Source of the DNA: Phyllosticta citribraziliensis
Lineage: Eukaryota
DNA: 64,000 nt
Reading direction: 5' to 3'
Assembly: GCF_038025025.1 (NCBI RefSeq)
Contig: NW_027117349.1
Span: 124,001-188,000 of the forward strand
Of the stretch, positions 24,410-37,412 are shown piece after piece. Made by a program: the position numbers and the translations under genes. Under the pieces are notes generated by a model. It was given only the letters and a program-made list of their open reading frames with translations. It searched no databases and was not told the origin of the DNA. How positions within the stretch are numbered: the stretch's first letter is position 1; the number at the start of each line of letters is the position of its first letter.

Positions 24410-27400
24410 ATGAGACTTTATCATCACATCTTATGCCTTTTTCTGGCGCTTCCTGTGAATTCAGCTTTGGCTCTGCCCGGACAAGGAATCCAAGCTCGAC
24501 AAGATGGCGATGAAGGTGCGACGGCTCCAAGATTAGCTTCGGTCTCCAGCCAAAAACAGCAACCGTCTGCCACAACAAGTACCATCTCTTCCGCAGACCC
24601 AGAAACTCCTCATTTACCTCCTGCCTTTGAGACGGCTACGACGTCAACGGACACAAAGGCGAATTTTTCCGAGACTTCTTCAGCGTCGAGCAGCGCTGCG
24701 ACACCGACGAGCTCTGGTATGCATCTGGCGCCGATCCGTTCAAAAGATGCAGCTGACGTAGTCCAAACAGTCTGGACCTACCCCGGTCACGGACTGCCGC
24801 TCGAGCCAAAGGTTACTCCGGCCATTGCCATCGCCGGCGTGGTGCTGATTATCTCGGGTGCACTCTATACTCTGATTGGCATCAGAAACCCATGGTTAGT
24901 GGCGCCAACAGAGGGATCAAGGCTGACAACTAACACGTCCAGGGTTCATGTGGGATTTTCTGCAGCTTTCGGTGCCGCGCTGGCTGTGACAGTCCTGATT
25001 GAGTACCTCATGAATCCTCCAGTGACCGACGCCGTCCAGGGCGCCTATTTTGTTGTCGTTGTCGTCACAGGCCTTGTTGTCGCCGGAATAGCCAAGCTCT
25101 TCACAGACATCACCGAAGGCATAGGGTGCCTCCTCGGAGGCTTTTGTATCGCCATGTGGTTCCTGGTTCTCAAACCCGGTGGCCTGATACCACAAAAGGC
25201 AGCGAGGGGCGTTTTCATAGGCTGTCTCACCGCCGTGTGCTACTGCCTTAGTTTCAACAAACATACCAAGCTGCACGGCCTCATTGTCTGCATCTCATTC
25301 GCCGGGGCAACAATAACGGTGCTGGGCATTGATTGTTTTTCGAAGGCTGGGCTGAAGGAGTTCTGGCTCTTTTTATGGGGTAAGTGACTCGCTGGCGCAG
25401 GCTGACATGGACAAGGATGGGGGATGCACCCAGGGTACGTCCGGGATTCGAGCCAAATATAGCTAATTGCTGCCGAACAGGCCTGAACGAAAACGCGTTT
25501 CCCCTCTCCACGAACACCTACCCCATCACTCGAGGGATTCGCGTCGAGCTTGCCGGTATCGTCATTTTCAGTTTGTTTGGGATTGTGTCGCAAATGAAGC
25601 TATGGAAGGTCGTCAGAGAGAGGAAGGCCCAGAAGGATGCCCACCGTCGGGCGCAAGACCACGAACGCGACCGAGTCGACACTGAAATGGGCCAGAAGAA
25701 TCTCAGTGAGCTTAATCGAGACAAGGCTCAATGGGAACTTCTTTACGACGACAAACCAGGAGACGGCACCGCGCTGCAGTACTTGGATTCTGGCATCGGC
25801 TCTGCAGCACCAAGTATGCGTAAAGCTACCACCGTGAGCCTCCAGGAAATCGGTCGGTCGGAGTCGGATGGAAGTATCAAGTCGCACCACATCGCAACGA
25901 ATGGACGAGAAAGCGACGCACAACTACTCCCTTCACCACCGAGCCATGGTTGCGACGAAATCCAGCAGATTGACTCGAACGGCAGACCGCTGACCACGCC
26001 TGTTCCGCAAGTCCCGAGTCATCCCAAACAAACAGACTCAACCGAGGAACCGCAGCTACCAGAGGTACGGCAAGACGACGCAGTCTCGAAGTCGAATTTA
26101 CCAGAGGTTTCCGAAGTTCCATCAGTCGTACCTCTTCCATTTGCTATTCCGTCTGCCAACAGCTCGAGGTCTGACGCTGAAGTGCTGTCCTCGGTAGCCT
26201 CGGTTCCTGACGAGGTCGTGGAGGACTCCATCCCAGTTGACGACGCCGAGAGCCTGAGAGATTTGGCAATTTTCTCGGACGAAGCCCTGGTCATCCCGCA
26301 CGTCGACGACGACAAGGCTTCTTCGATTGCTGCCACGCTGGACGATTTGAACGACCAAGTTGCCTCTCTGCCGCCGCTTTCAAGGGCCGGAACGCCATTC
26401 AGTGCGCTTCTCCAAGACGAAAAGGAGACGTGCGCGCATGACGAATCGCTGCAAGATGGTCTCAGATTGGATGATGACACGATCGAGAATTTCAAAGTTC
26501 TGCAGGCCGTCGTTGAAGATTCGTACTCGATTGGCAACGAGGACGTGACCAAAACCGGAGAGCTAGCGAGACAGAGCACGGAGCCCGACGAGCGCCTCGA
26601 AGTTTCAGGATCAATCGCGGACCCAATCACTCGGCCAACAGCACCCAATGACACGGAGAAATGCGAATCTATTGAGGATCGGCTTCAATCTGGACCTTCG
26701 ACCTTTCCCGATGACGAGCACGCGAGCGAGAACGAAGCGCCCTCGCAGCGGTCGACCAATCGGTCGGGAAATGCCCATTCCGCCGGAGGAGGCAGCTTGA
26801 AAGATCACCTGCCAGACAACAAGCTGTCCAAGGTCGCGCAAGCGTATCGCACGAACGAATGGGCAAAGTACCTCTCCCTCGCCGATCAGCCCGAGCTGGA
26901 GCCCATTCCGGAACCTTCAAGCCCGGGAATCAAGGTGGACGTTGGCGCACTTACGGAAACGCCGACCAGCGCCGGAGGCTCGACGCCACAGCCGGAGTCG
27001 AGGGAGACAAAGCTAGCACGACAGTCCAAAGACGGTTCCCAGGCGTCGTCGTCTGTCAAACCGGGCAAAACGCCGCTTACGGCGCGCTCTTCCTCTGATG
27101 GTTACGTGCCGTACGTGGTTCGAAATGGCCAGACTACACCGGCCCCTGAGGCCACAGCAACACTACCCAGGAATTCGCCCTTGATGCACGCACCCCCTAA
27201 ACGTCCTATTAGTACTACTCATCGCTCCTCCAGCGGATCGTCGAACCGGTACACGATACGCTCAAGCATTTCGCCTGCCGTCCAGAACCTGGCCCATCTG
27301 CGTTCATCATCGTCACCCGGACACAACGCCCTTGTGGAACAGGCCTTGGTCGAACATCCGAGAGACGAAATTGCACAAGCGGCAGATCGACGCCACAGCA

Positions 27401-28077
27401 GGAGACCGGCGCCTATACCGACAACATTGCCCGTGGAGACGCTGCTCGGCCAACGCAAAGACATGATGCGCAACAAGATGCACTCGACGTCGTTCAACAG
27501 TACCGCGACAGCTTCACCGGTGGTCTCGTCTGGGAGCAGGGCGCCTAGTGAGACTTCGTCGATCCGCGAGAAACTGAGCAAAAAGGACCCAGACGAGATG
27601 TCGTTGCGGGAACGCAAGATGCTGCTGGATCAAGAGAGACAGTCTGGCTTGGCGCAGCGCAAACACACGCTGCAGATGCAGCAGCAGATGCTACTCCAGC
27701 AGCAGCAGCAGCGGCCGACGCAGAGCCGGACCGGGGTCCATGGTCCCAGAGCCCACAAGCCGCACAACTTTGACTCGCACCAACCAGTTCGCGATCGGGG
27801 GCCGGACAGGGAAAAGGAGATGGAGACGTGGGGTCACTGGCGGCAGTCTCTGCACCAGGCCACGCAGCCGGTGCAGGTCGTCGCGGCAGACGAAGGGCGC
27901 CGAGGAGCAATGATCAGCGAGCGGAACCAGGCCAAGATGTGGCAGCTCAAGCGGCAGATGGACGACAGGGAGCGCGAGACGCGGGTCGGCGAGCGCATGC
28001 GAACAGTGGACTGGCAGAATGCCCATCGTGACCACATGCGGAGAATACAGGCGGCGGCCAACAAACACGTCAACTGA
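24410..28077 (+). CDS. Signal-peptide multi-pass membrane protein (DUF4203 / TM7S3-TM198-like) with a long low-complexity C-terminus
   Basis: N-terminal hydrophobic signal, S/T-rich stalk, about 7 TM segments with GCLLGGFCIAMW and LGIDCFSKAGLKEFW, then PITRGIRVELA and C-terminal YRTNEWAKYLS. Several introns, e.g. 25380-25480. Confidence 0.75.
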
Positions 28078-28938
28078 TGCCAAGCCACCATCAATACAAC
28101 TTCTTTCCTTGACACTCCTGGGGGTGGATCTGGCTAATGGGTGGGGCGGTGCAAGTAGTAGAAAAGCAACGGAAAGAAGAAGAAAAAGAAAAAAAGAAAA
28201 AGGCAGGGAAGGCATGGATGGAGCACGGGTTGGGAAATAAGAAGTCGACAGGTTCTTCTTGGCTTTGAGAGGAGACAGAGAGATACCCCGGCACACCAAG
28301 GATTTTCGGGATTGATGGCGGCGTGGTGAATAGTTTGGACAGGATGATACATACGGGATGTGTAGGGCGACGGGCCGTGTACTGTAATAGACGTAGTACA
28401 AAAGCCATCAAGCTTCGCCGGACCAAGTCAAACAGAGGACGGGGCTACATGGATAGCAGCAGAGCCAAAAAGGCTCGGTCGGGATGGAGCTAAAGGAAGG
28501 CATCCAGGCGGCGGGCGACGTGTTCCGGACCGGCGGCGGATGGGAGAGGTTGAAGTTGTCGACTGGACGGGAGAGAAGTGGGTCCAGGTCCACGTCCAGC
28601 ACAGGCAGCCGAAGCGACACGCAAAAGCAAAATGCCATCAAGTGTTGCAGATGGACAAGAGGACAGCGACTGGGGATTGGGATGATGCTCGTGCAAGTCG
28701 TCGTAACAGGGGCCCCGTCCCCAGGGCAGGCATCTGGCGGAGCCGGACGCAAACGAGGCGCCAGCCATAAGGGGGCGCGCATCCTCGGGCACGCTGCATC
28801 GCGACTGTTAAAGTGCTGGCTGATGTAGGAGCAGCTGCATTTTGTCTCGACACTCGTCGCTCTCTCGATGCCGCTGGTGCAGCTTGTCGAGTCGGTGCGC
28901 AGCTGGAAAGACGAGAAACATTTCTGGCTTGGCACTAG

Positions 28939-30618
28939 CGCAGCTTCACGACGACCCGGACTCGCTCCCCTTTCAACTCCTCCTACTACGACGACACCAT
29001 TGCCTCGCCTTCGCCTTCGCCCTCGCCCTCACCCTCGCCCTCGCCCTGTCCTCGTCGCCCTCGCGCCCAGCCTCCGCCTCGCCAACCCACCACAACCACA
29101 ACCACAACCACCACCATCACGGCTGCAGACTCGCCCAGCAACCTACCACCGTCCTCGAATACGCTTCCGCCCACGCATACGCATACCCACTCAGAGCCCC
29201 AGCCCCAGCCTCCTCCGCCTGCCCAAGTCCGCTGGAGCCTCACCCAGCGTCTCTTCAACTTTGCGCCCTTCCGCCCTGGTCCCGGCGCACTTGGCCAGCC
29301 CGCCTCGCGACTCTGGAATCCCGTCAACTCGTCCCCGCGACCCCTCGCCGTCCCTTCGCACCAGCCCGACTCGCTTCCAAACGTCCCCGTCGACCGCCAC
29401 CCGTCAACCGGCACTTCGGGAGAGAGGGACGGCTACCCTCTGCTGACCCTGATTGAGCAATATCAGAGCAAGCTCCACCACGACGGCCCGCAATCCAGCA
29501 GCCTGCAAGTAGAGTGGGGGTCAGCGGGCGACAGCTCCCGGACCAGCGCGCGCCTGCCCGGCAACAAGCGGAGAAACGGTGGAGAAGACAGCCCGCCGCG
29601 CGACTCACCACCACTCGCCGAGTCCTCAGCTGCAGCCGCCAGCCGCAAACCCAAGACATCAATGGATGCCAACGTAGCCGCCCGCGCCGCAGGTCTCTCC
29701 CACGCCCCGAGCGCAGACTATCCCACCGCCATCAGCGCTGGCCCAGACGCCGAGGCCGGCTTGCGCCTGACTCGCACTGCCTCGCGCGCAACAATCCCCG
29801 CCGAACAGCAAACAGGCACATTCCGCTCGCGCCAGCAGTCGAATCCGACACTCGACGATGAGGAAACGGACGAGGAATACCCCTGGGGCCCATCGCACCC
29901 TTGTTTTCCGCACCTGAATCCTCATGTCCCCGTCGGCTCGTCGCTCTACAACTCGACGCGCATCATCCGCGTGAAGCGGGACTGGATGTTGGTGGGCGAC
30001 CTGGCCCCGACGTATGCCAATCTGTATCCGGAGGTGCTCGACCCGTATATATCGGAGGACGAATTCCGCGACATCATCAAAAAGCTGAACACGGAGCTGG
30101 TCGCGGCGTTTAGTCCGTGGAGCGCGAGAGCGGCCTTTGACGCCGTCATGGGAGTTGCAACGCTGTGGTTATGGGAAGACTTGGGCCTGACGGGCGTAAA
30201 GAAGCGGCTTCGACGGCTTGAAGAGTGGATGGAGCAGTGGAATCGGTTGAAGGGGGTCAAGGAGGGGGTGCGCATCATCCCGCTGCGGAGGACGGGCTAC
30301 ATGAGCGTAAGTACCACAGCAGCAGTGTTTGCGCTGCAGCTTCCCCAGTCCCTGCAACACGCAAAACCTTATACCACTTTCTGCCCTACCATGCCGTACG
30401 ACGTTGTTTTATCGTGAGAATCTCCTCCTAACCCCACGTGCTTGCAGCTCGACATTCAGATTCCCGACCCGCAAATTGGCCTCGACTCTGCCGCTTCGGT
30501 ACACTCGACGCGCTCTACCAGCGCACATCTGCAGCCCGGCGGCGACCTGCCATTACCCACTGCGCCGGGCTCGCCTGGCGAACACGGTCTCCCGCAACTT
30601 CCTGGCATAACAGTATGA
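28939..30618 (+). CDS. ERF4: Ras palmitoyltransferase accessory subunit (Golgin A7/ERF4 domain); start codon uncertain
   Basis: Motifs WGPSHPCFPHLNPHVP, RIIRVKRDW, NLYPEVLDP and IIPLRRTGYMS|LDIQIPDP across intron 30307-30448; stop TGA at 30616-30618. The frame is open from 28939 but its first in-frame ATG is 29662. Confidence 0.8.
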
Positions 30619-31272
30619 ATATGCTTCAAAACCGAAAAGACAGAATCCCCAGCAATCATGGATTGTATCAAGAGCGCCTAGGTATGCCGACGCTAGGCGG
30701 AATGAACAGTATACGTGCATCTGCCCGACCCTCAGTAAACAGTAGTGCAGTGGTTTAATACGCAACATGGGGAAGAAAAGAGGCGAGCAAGCAAGCAAAA
30801 ACGGGACAGCGGGCCGATGTATAGATGAGTCGACAAGCTCGCGCGTGCGTTGCCAATCAGAGCAGCGTGCTTATTACATACATGGTCGGTGTTTTAATCA
30901 TCTCACATACGACGGCGTTTTCTACCTTCAGGTGCGAGCCGTGGAAAAAAAGGGGGTTTCTCCTTCTCCCTCTCTGTCTTCATATCCGTCTTCTCTCTAC
31001 ATGTTTATTATTTCTTCTTCGCGATCCTTGCTGTTCTGCACCTTAGGCCACGCACATGCGCTGCGGCAGGGTTACGCCAGGCACAAACGCAAAGAGATGG
31101 TCTGGATTGGACTCGAGCGCAAAACACGCCACACGCCAGCCGATGGGCAGATGCCATGCACGCACGCAGCTCCTACCGATTTGGCGACTTTTCCGTCTGC
31201 CGCTGACTTGGGACGACTTTGCTCCTTCATCGTCAATTTGGCCGGGCCCGGTTGCCTTTTGAGTCCCCTGTT

Positions 31273-31301
31273 TGCCTGCCTGCCTGCCTGCCTGCCTGCC
31301 T
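31273..31301. repeat. (TGCC)n microsatellite
   Basis: About 7 tandem TGCC units read directly. Confidence 0.9.
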
Positions 31302-31866
31302 CCGACAACGACTCCAATCTCCGCAGCGCGTGCACCGCACCGCATACACGAACGACGTTGGGCCCGACGGACAGGTCAGTCAGGGGTTCGCATCTTTTCT
31401 TGCCACTTCCACCCATGGCGAGCGGTGCGACTGAGTGGAGGGAGGAATATTTGTCCGTCCGCATCACCCTGTATTCTTCCTTTTTCCATCCTGCGCCAGC
31501 TCTTTTTTCTTTCTTCGTCGTTCGAGATTTGCTTCTTCCTCAGCGCATCGTGGGTCGTCCGGTTGCTGCCGTCTGTCTCATCAAGCGCTTTTGTTCTGCT
31601 CGGCGCGGAACTATCTTCAGGGATATCTTCAGGGATGTGCGCGTGGGCTGAGATTTTCCTTTTCGGCTACGGCTCGTTGTTGCTTTTGGCTCGGCTTCCT
31701 CCCATTGCTTTTTTGCGCAGTGCGTCGCCCCGCCGTTTGGCTCGCGCGGCGTGGAGTCACATGGCTTGGTGTCGGGGCGGTGCCGTGGACTTGCTCGCTG
31801 CGCCTCTGCTTCTGGAGGTCTGTCTGCCTGTAGGTCTGCTTGCATCGGCTGTGACGAATGACGCAA

Positions 31867-31938
31867 TGGCTGGCTGGCTGGCTGGCTGACTATCTGTCTC
31901 CCTCCCTACACCAGTCGTCGTCGTCGTCGTCGTCGTCG
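31867..31938. repeat. (TGGC)n (31867-31888) and (GTC)n (31914-31938) microsatellites
   Basis: Tandem units read directly. Confidence 0.9.
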
Positions 31939-33423
31939 CCGTGCCGTCTCCAATCTTGCCGCAGCGTTAACGCATGTCCGCGAACACTCCAGCCTTTCGC
32001 CCACCCCTTGTCTCCGCCTCAAACCACTACAACGTAATCATCTCCTTCTCTTACTACCTTGATACCCTCCTGCCGCTTTCCTTTGCCCGCTGGACTTCTT
32101 CTCTTTCCTATCCTCTTTCTCTCGTGTTCTCTCTCCTATGTATTATACTATAGCACATTGTGTACGATAGTAGCGTTGTTGTCGTTGCTTAAAGACTACA
32201 TAGCTGGCCGCGCAAGCAGAGGGCAAAAGAGAACGTGGATTATTACAATTGTTGAACGCACGATGTGGCCACCCTTTCTATTTGTTGGTTAAGTTGTGTA
32301 CAAGACAAAGGTCCAACGGCTCGTTGCGCCAGCGACTTATCATTTAGCTTGATTCACCATTTGAAGTCCAACTTGACCATTCAAGCTTCCCAACATTGGG
32401 AGAAGAGACTAATCCATCCTTGTCGACTCGTGCTTTTGTGACCAGAAAAAGTCCGGAGACACGACTGTCTTTTGTCTGCTAAATTGTCTTTTTTCTTCCT
32501 CGTCGGCCAATTTCCCCAGCTAAAGGCGTGAAGTATGTGTGATCATGGCTTCCAAGCCGGGGAGATTGTCATTAGTACCGCCGTGTCTCCTGTCTCTGTT
32601 TATTCTGAGGAGCGCCTGTAGCACCATTCGTAATTCTGGAATTTTTTCGAGGTCGACCTGGCTGTAGCCACATTCGTCGGTGTGAGAAAAATCATTACGG
32701 GGAGAAGGTGGGAGACACTGAAAGCTTCCCAAATCCGGGGATTTGGAGCATTGTGGTAAACCATGCTGTTGAGTTTCCACAACGGACTTTAAAGCAGAAC
32801 CATCGCATGGTTCAACCGGCCAGTGCCCCCCTGGTTGCTCCTAAACGGGAGCTCGAGATTTCACCAAAACTGCCAAAGAGAAAGTGATACGTAAATTTCT
32901 TCCCTTGATGTGGCCGACCCAGGACAGGGAGGCATTGACCAACGGTACCACGGGAGAGGGATTAGGAGAAAGAGCGCGCAACAGATGTCAATACTGGCGA
33001 CGGAACCAAACGTGCCCTGGCATCGGATCGTGGCGGGGCGAGGAGGAGCAAGCGATCCACAAACGAGGACAGCCAATACGTGCGATGGACAACGAGCGGC
33101 TGTGGCCTTAAGCTGATGTAGCACGGGTGGTTCCTTGGACTCGGCAGCAGCATGAAGGAGAAACGGAGGCGGCAGACAAACAAACATATCCGAGACGGCA
33201 AAGCAGAAAACACCATGATGGCCTGGTGGAGGAGGTCCAACAGCTGGCAGTATAACATCGCGTCCAAGTGGCAGAGGCAGGCAGGCATCCATCCGCACGT
33301 CCAGCCACCCAAAGAGGCCTGCTCCGGATTGTTCAGGCAGGTAGACACGGACCAGGCGCGACCAAGAAGCCAAAGAATCCGGGAGACGGAGGAGAGATCG
33401 GTGATCCCTCACCTCAGTTCATC

Positions 33424-33425
<2 letters not shown>

Positions 33426-33456
<31 letters not shown>
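33426..33456. repeat. (GA)n microsatellite
   Basis: About 15 GA units. Confidence 0.95.
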
Positions 33457-33458
<2 letters not shown>

Positions 33459-33650
33459 GGAGTCAGCGGGTTTAAGTACGTGGCCCGCAGAGCTGGCTAG
33501 GTGCATGGGAGATGGGAGTCGTTCGTCGTAAGGCAGGTCGTCCACTAAGCCGGGCCACTACCTACCTTACCAACCCGTGTCTCCCTTTCTTCTTCCATTT
33601 CACATCACGCACGACGGCGAATTGGAAGTGCCGGAGGATCTAGGGAGGCA

Positions 33651-33680
33651 CTGCCACGCCCTGCCACGCCCTGCCACGCC
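33651..33680. repeat. 10-bp tandem repeat (CTGCCACGCC)x3
   Basis: Three exact copies read directly. Confidence 0.9.
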
Positions 33681-35545
33681 CCCGCGCGGGCAAATCGTCA
33701 GACGCGACGTGCCCCTCTGAGTCTTGGGGTCAAGAACAGTCGGAGCCGAGGCAGGCTCCGACTGTTCTGAATAAAAGGGGTCAGTTTGTTTGTCTGCTTC
33801 ATGGCGAGCTTTTGCCCACGTGGAGCGGAGAGGGACGCGTCGAGGGAGTCTAGACCATGGAAGCTCTCGCTCGCGGCAGACAGGCGGGACGGAGTTGTGC
33901 TTGCTTTTGCTTGCTTCCTTGACATCAACCAAGTCCCCGCCGCGCCGTCCCGTGCCGTTGGATGCCCACCTATGTATGCTTTGCCCGAGACCGAGAGGAC
34001 TAGGTAGGAGCGCAGCAGCGACAGCAGCATCAGGGGCAGCGAGGCATGCGCGGAGAATGTTCAAGGAAGAGACACTCCCAGACCCACGTGTGACAGAACA
34101 AGCCGGGCAAGGCGAGCGAAACATGGCAGGACCTGTCGATCGCACCAAAGCCGGCGTGGAAAAAGGAGAGGTGCGACCACAAGTGAGGAAATGGGGACGG
34201 CCGAGAGATGAGCGTTGGAGCCGTCAATGTCTCCGAGTCTAGTCCCAATGGCATCCGGATGGTGGTTGGAGGCCGATATGACCGATACACGGGAGGTGGT
34301 TTGGGAGGAGAGGCGCGGATTTTCGGTGAACGTCAAGGCCAAAACGAGCCGAACTGATTGGCATTAGCCGAATGGTTTGCTTGTCAAACTGTCAGGTGTG
34401 TACTAGGGGCAAGGCGGAGGAAGTCGTTGCGGCGAATGGAGCACTCAAGCCACGCCATATGGAGGTATCGCAGCAACCCGACGTGGACGAGGAGCATTCA
34501 CCTTCCGACGAGGTCCTCCTTTGCCTACTCGCAGTCATCGAATCTCAGCAACTCATCCACAGCAGCAGCCTCCGAACGACGTACGCATGAACCTGCGCTC
34601 CCTCAAACTCGTCATCGCCGGCTAGCCAGAGGCGGCAAGCGGAGCGACAGTCGAAACCCCAAACACTCGGCCGCCGTGCCACGCGCAACCACAAGCGCGG
34701 ACGCGTTTCCGATTATCGCATGTGCCACGGCGCTCGGCATCGCGTGCGAAGTGGACTCGAGACGAGCACGGGAAAGAAAACCGGTAGGATCCGGCGGTTG
34801 CGCCATCGTGACAGGTCCTCAGCGTCGGAGGAGGCCACGCCCTGAGTCCGAGCGACTTGAGACGACTGATAAATGACAAGGTGGACGAGACGTCGCTTGG
34901 TGAGGCAGGTGAGTTGCGACGCGGTGTCGGCGATTCTGGGTCTTGGGTTGAGCTTCACGCGTCGGGTTTGGGGTCGATAGATTGGTGGTGCGACTGCCCA
35001 CGGGCATGGCAGTTGGTCGGTGGAGTTGAGACTTGGGACGGTGTAGCAAGGCTCTCCAAAAAGACAGTAGAGTGTGTGACGTGCGATAGGAAATTAGAAG
35101 CACCAGGGGTCCACCCACCTTCACTGATGCAGTGCTCTTTTTGTGGGAAGCTTGGAAGCAGAGTCCAGACTGTCAACGTGGAATGCGGGAACCCACCAGG
35201 ATTTCATAAACGATTGATGAAGAGCAGCATGTCGTTTGAGGCTGCCCGTACAAGCCATTGATCAAGGGGAACCACTGGCGCCACGAACACACAGACTGCG
35301 ATAGTCAACGAAATTCACCCCGATTCAAGCAATGCAAGAGCTCCACTTCACACAACAGGGCAAAAATCAGACCAGTGTCCGTACGATACCCATTTTGATA
35401 AAGTCGTAGAAGAGTAGGTAGAGTGAGACCCGACCCTCCTGAGCCGCTAGTCGGTTGCCATCCTAGCTTCTTTTTGCCTCACTTCCTTCCTTCCTTTCCT
35501 TTCCTTTCCCGCTGAACCGCACTACTTGGACTGGACGAACTTGAC

Positions 35546-36661
35546 TTATATCGAAGAGGGGTACAGCATGATGCGGACGGAGGCGCCAAAGGACTTGGGA
35601 GGGAGGTTGTTGCGGAACTGAGCGCGGACGACGCCCGAGTTTCCGTGGGTGCGGGTCACCTTGCCCCAGATAACCTATTCGTCTCGTTAGCATTTTGTTC
35701 CGCTTGACGCCAATGCAAAGCCGAGACCACTCCTCGGTTGGAATGTGGACTAGGAGCGAAACGTCCGTGGTGGTCTCTAAAGGGAGTGTGTGGAAGGTTG
35801 TCGTACCCTAATCTTGGAGCCGCGGACCTCCTTGGACGCCCTGTAGACGAAAGCAACGCGCTTGCCGAGGTAGAAGGTCGCGTCCTGGGTGTTGTCGACG
35901 CCCTGTCGGTTGTTATCAGTACTTTGCCTGCCCCATTTGACCATGTGTCCAGCTTCTCACCTCAATCTTGACCAACGAGGTGTTGGGGTTGGTGTTGCGC
36001 TTGCCCCTCTGGTAGGAAAGGTGCTTGCCCCTAAGGAAGTCTCAGTATATGTCTCCAGCAAATTGTCAAGTTTCGCGGGCTGGCTAAGCGAATGAGGTCG
36101 GTGTCGTGGAGCGTCTAAAGTGACGGCAGTGCTCTTGTTCTAGAGGGGCGGCCTGGCTTCTGTATCTTGTACTCGAGGCCTGTCTCATCGAATGACAGGC
36201 CATACCCATCGGCATGCGATGGTTGGCGGGTGATGTACAGCCCAGCAAGCCAGGCCCACAGCTCCGGCCTCGCTCCCGCATCGCCAGCTCCAATGTGTTC
36301 AACCAGATGCATCCATTTCCTCATCCTCGATGAGCATCCAACATCGGAAGACTAAGCGAGCGGGCGGGCATGCGTGGGTGCAAGGCGGGTTGTGGGTGTC
36401 GAGGTGCGCATCGTCGGGGGTACTCACTTGACGTAAACTAGACGAGGCACACAAGAGTCAGCCAAAAATTCCCACAAGAACAACCCATTTCCGCTCGAAC
36501 CACCAACGCGCATCCTGCGAGAGGGCAGCTGCCGCAGTGCATTTCAGAGCCACTCGCAGCGGCGTCGGCTCGCAGGACGACGGCAGCGGATCCAAAATTG
36601 CCACCAGCAAGCCTGGGATTTAGGAGGGAAAAGACGTACGGCGGTGACCGGTCTGGGACAT
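35546..36661 (-). CDS. RPL33: 60S ribosomal protein eL33 (L35Ae family); 5 exons; absent from the ORF track
   Basis: Exons 36661-36640, 36437-36428 (10 nt), 36030-35961, 35902-35807 and 35674-35546 splice to [108 protein letters not shown]. All introns are GT-AG. Confidence 0.95.
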
Positions 36662-37412
36662 TGTGGAGGATTGGCGGGCAAATTCCGTCAGAGGTTGTCG
36701 TCGTCGAGGTCGGAGGAAGCGGGAGGGAGGGTACGACCGGTTGGGGGAGGGTGGCTCTTCGTCGTCGTGTGTCGTCTCGGCCAACTGGGTGATTGTTGGT
36801 GTCGCGATTCCAAAATCCCACCGCGGAAGGTGGGCGTCACGTGATGAGTCGGCAACCTTCCGGTTCCCGTCGGCGTGGCTTCTTTGTGGCTCCGATCGCG
36901 ATGACTGGATGTGGCCCTGATCCCCCAATCACTTCACCACGCCCCTCGTCAACGGCCTGGCTTCAATGTCAGATGCTCCGCACTTCTGCGCGAGCAGAAT
37001 GACTCCCAATAGCTGCATGCATGGATAACGTCTGTCGGTACTCTTTGATTTTCTCATCTACCGATTCATCACAGTCCTGCTTGTGCTACTCTCAGGCATA
37101 CAGACATCCTCTTCGAGACAAGCGCCCTCTTTTTGAAATTTTAAATCTTTCATCTCTGCCAACGCCTCTCCCATGCATGACGGCGTAAAATTGACAAGAA
37201 AAAGGAAAATAATTGGTTGACAAAGCCGCTCCCTCCACTCCGCTCGTTCTGTTCTCGACCTGGAATTACGAGAACGCCATGTTGAATGCTTGCGCCGCAC
37301 TTTTTTCACCTCTTTTTGTTTTCAACATCCAAACTTTACTTTCTACCCAAAGGAAAGATAGCCAACCCAACGACACAGGTCATCATCCTGTATTCTAGCG
37401 GCAGAAAAACGT

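Noticed and set aside
23122..24413. ORFs of 120-190 aa between GSH2 and the DUF4203-like gene
   Set aside because: No domain signature, no consistent codon bias and no convincing splice structure.
25380..25480. Internal branch-like GCTGAC, CAG and second donor GTACGT suggesting a stwintron or micro-exon
   Set aside because: Single-intron splicing already gives the expected frame (W-G-L-N-E-N-A-F-P). Using the internal sites would leave 1 or 19 extra nt and frameshift.
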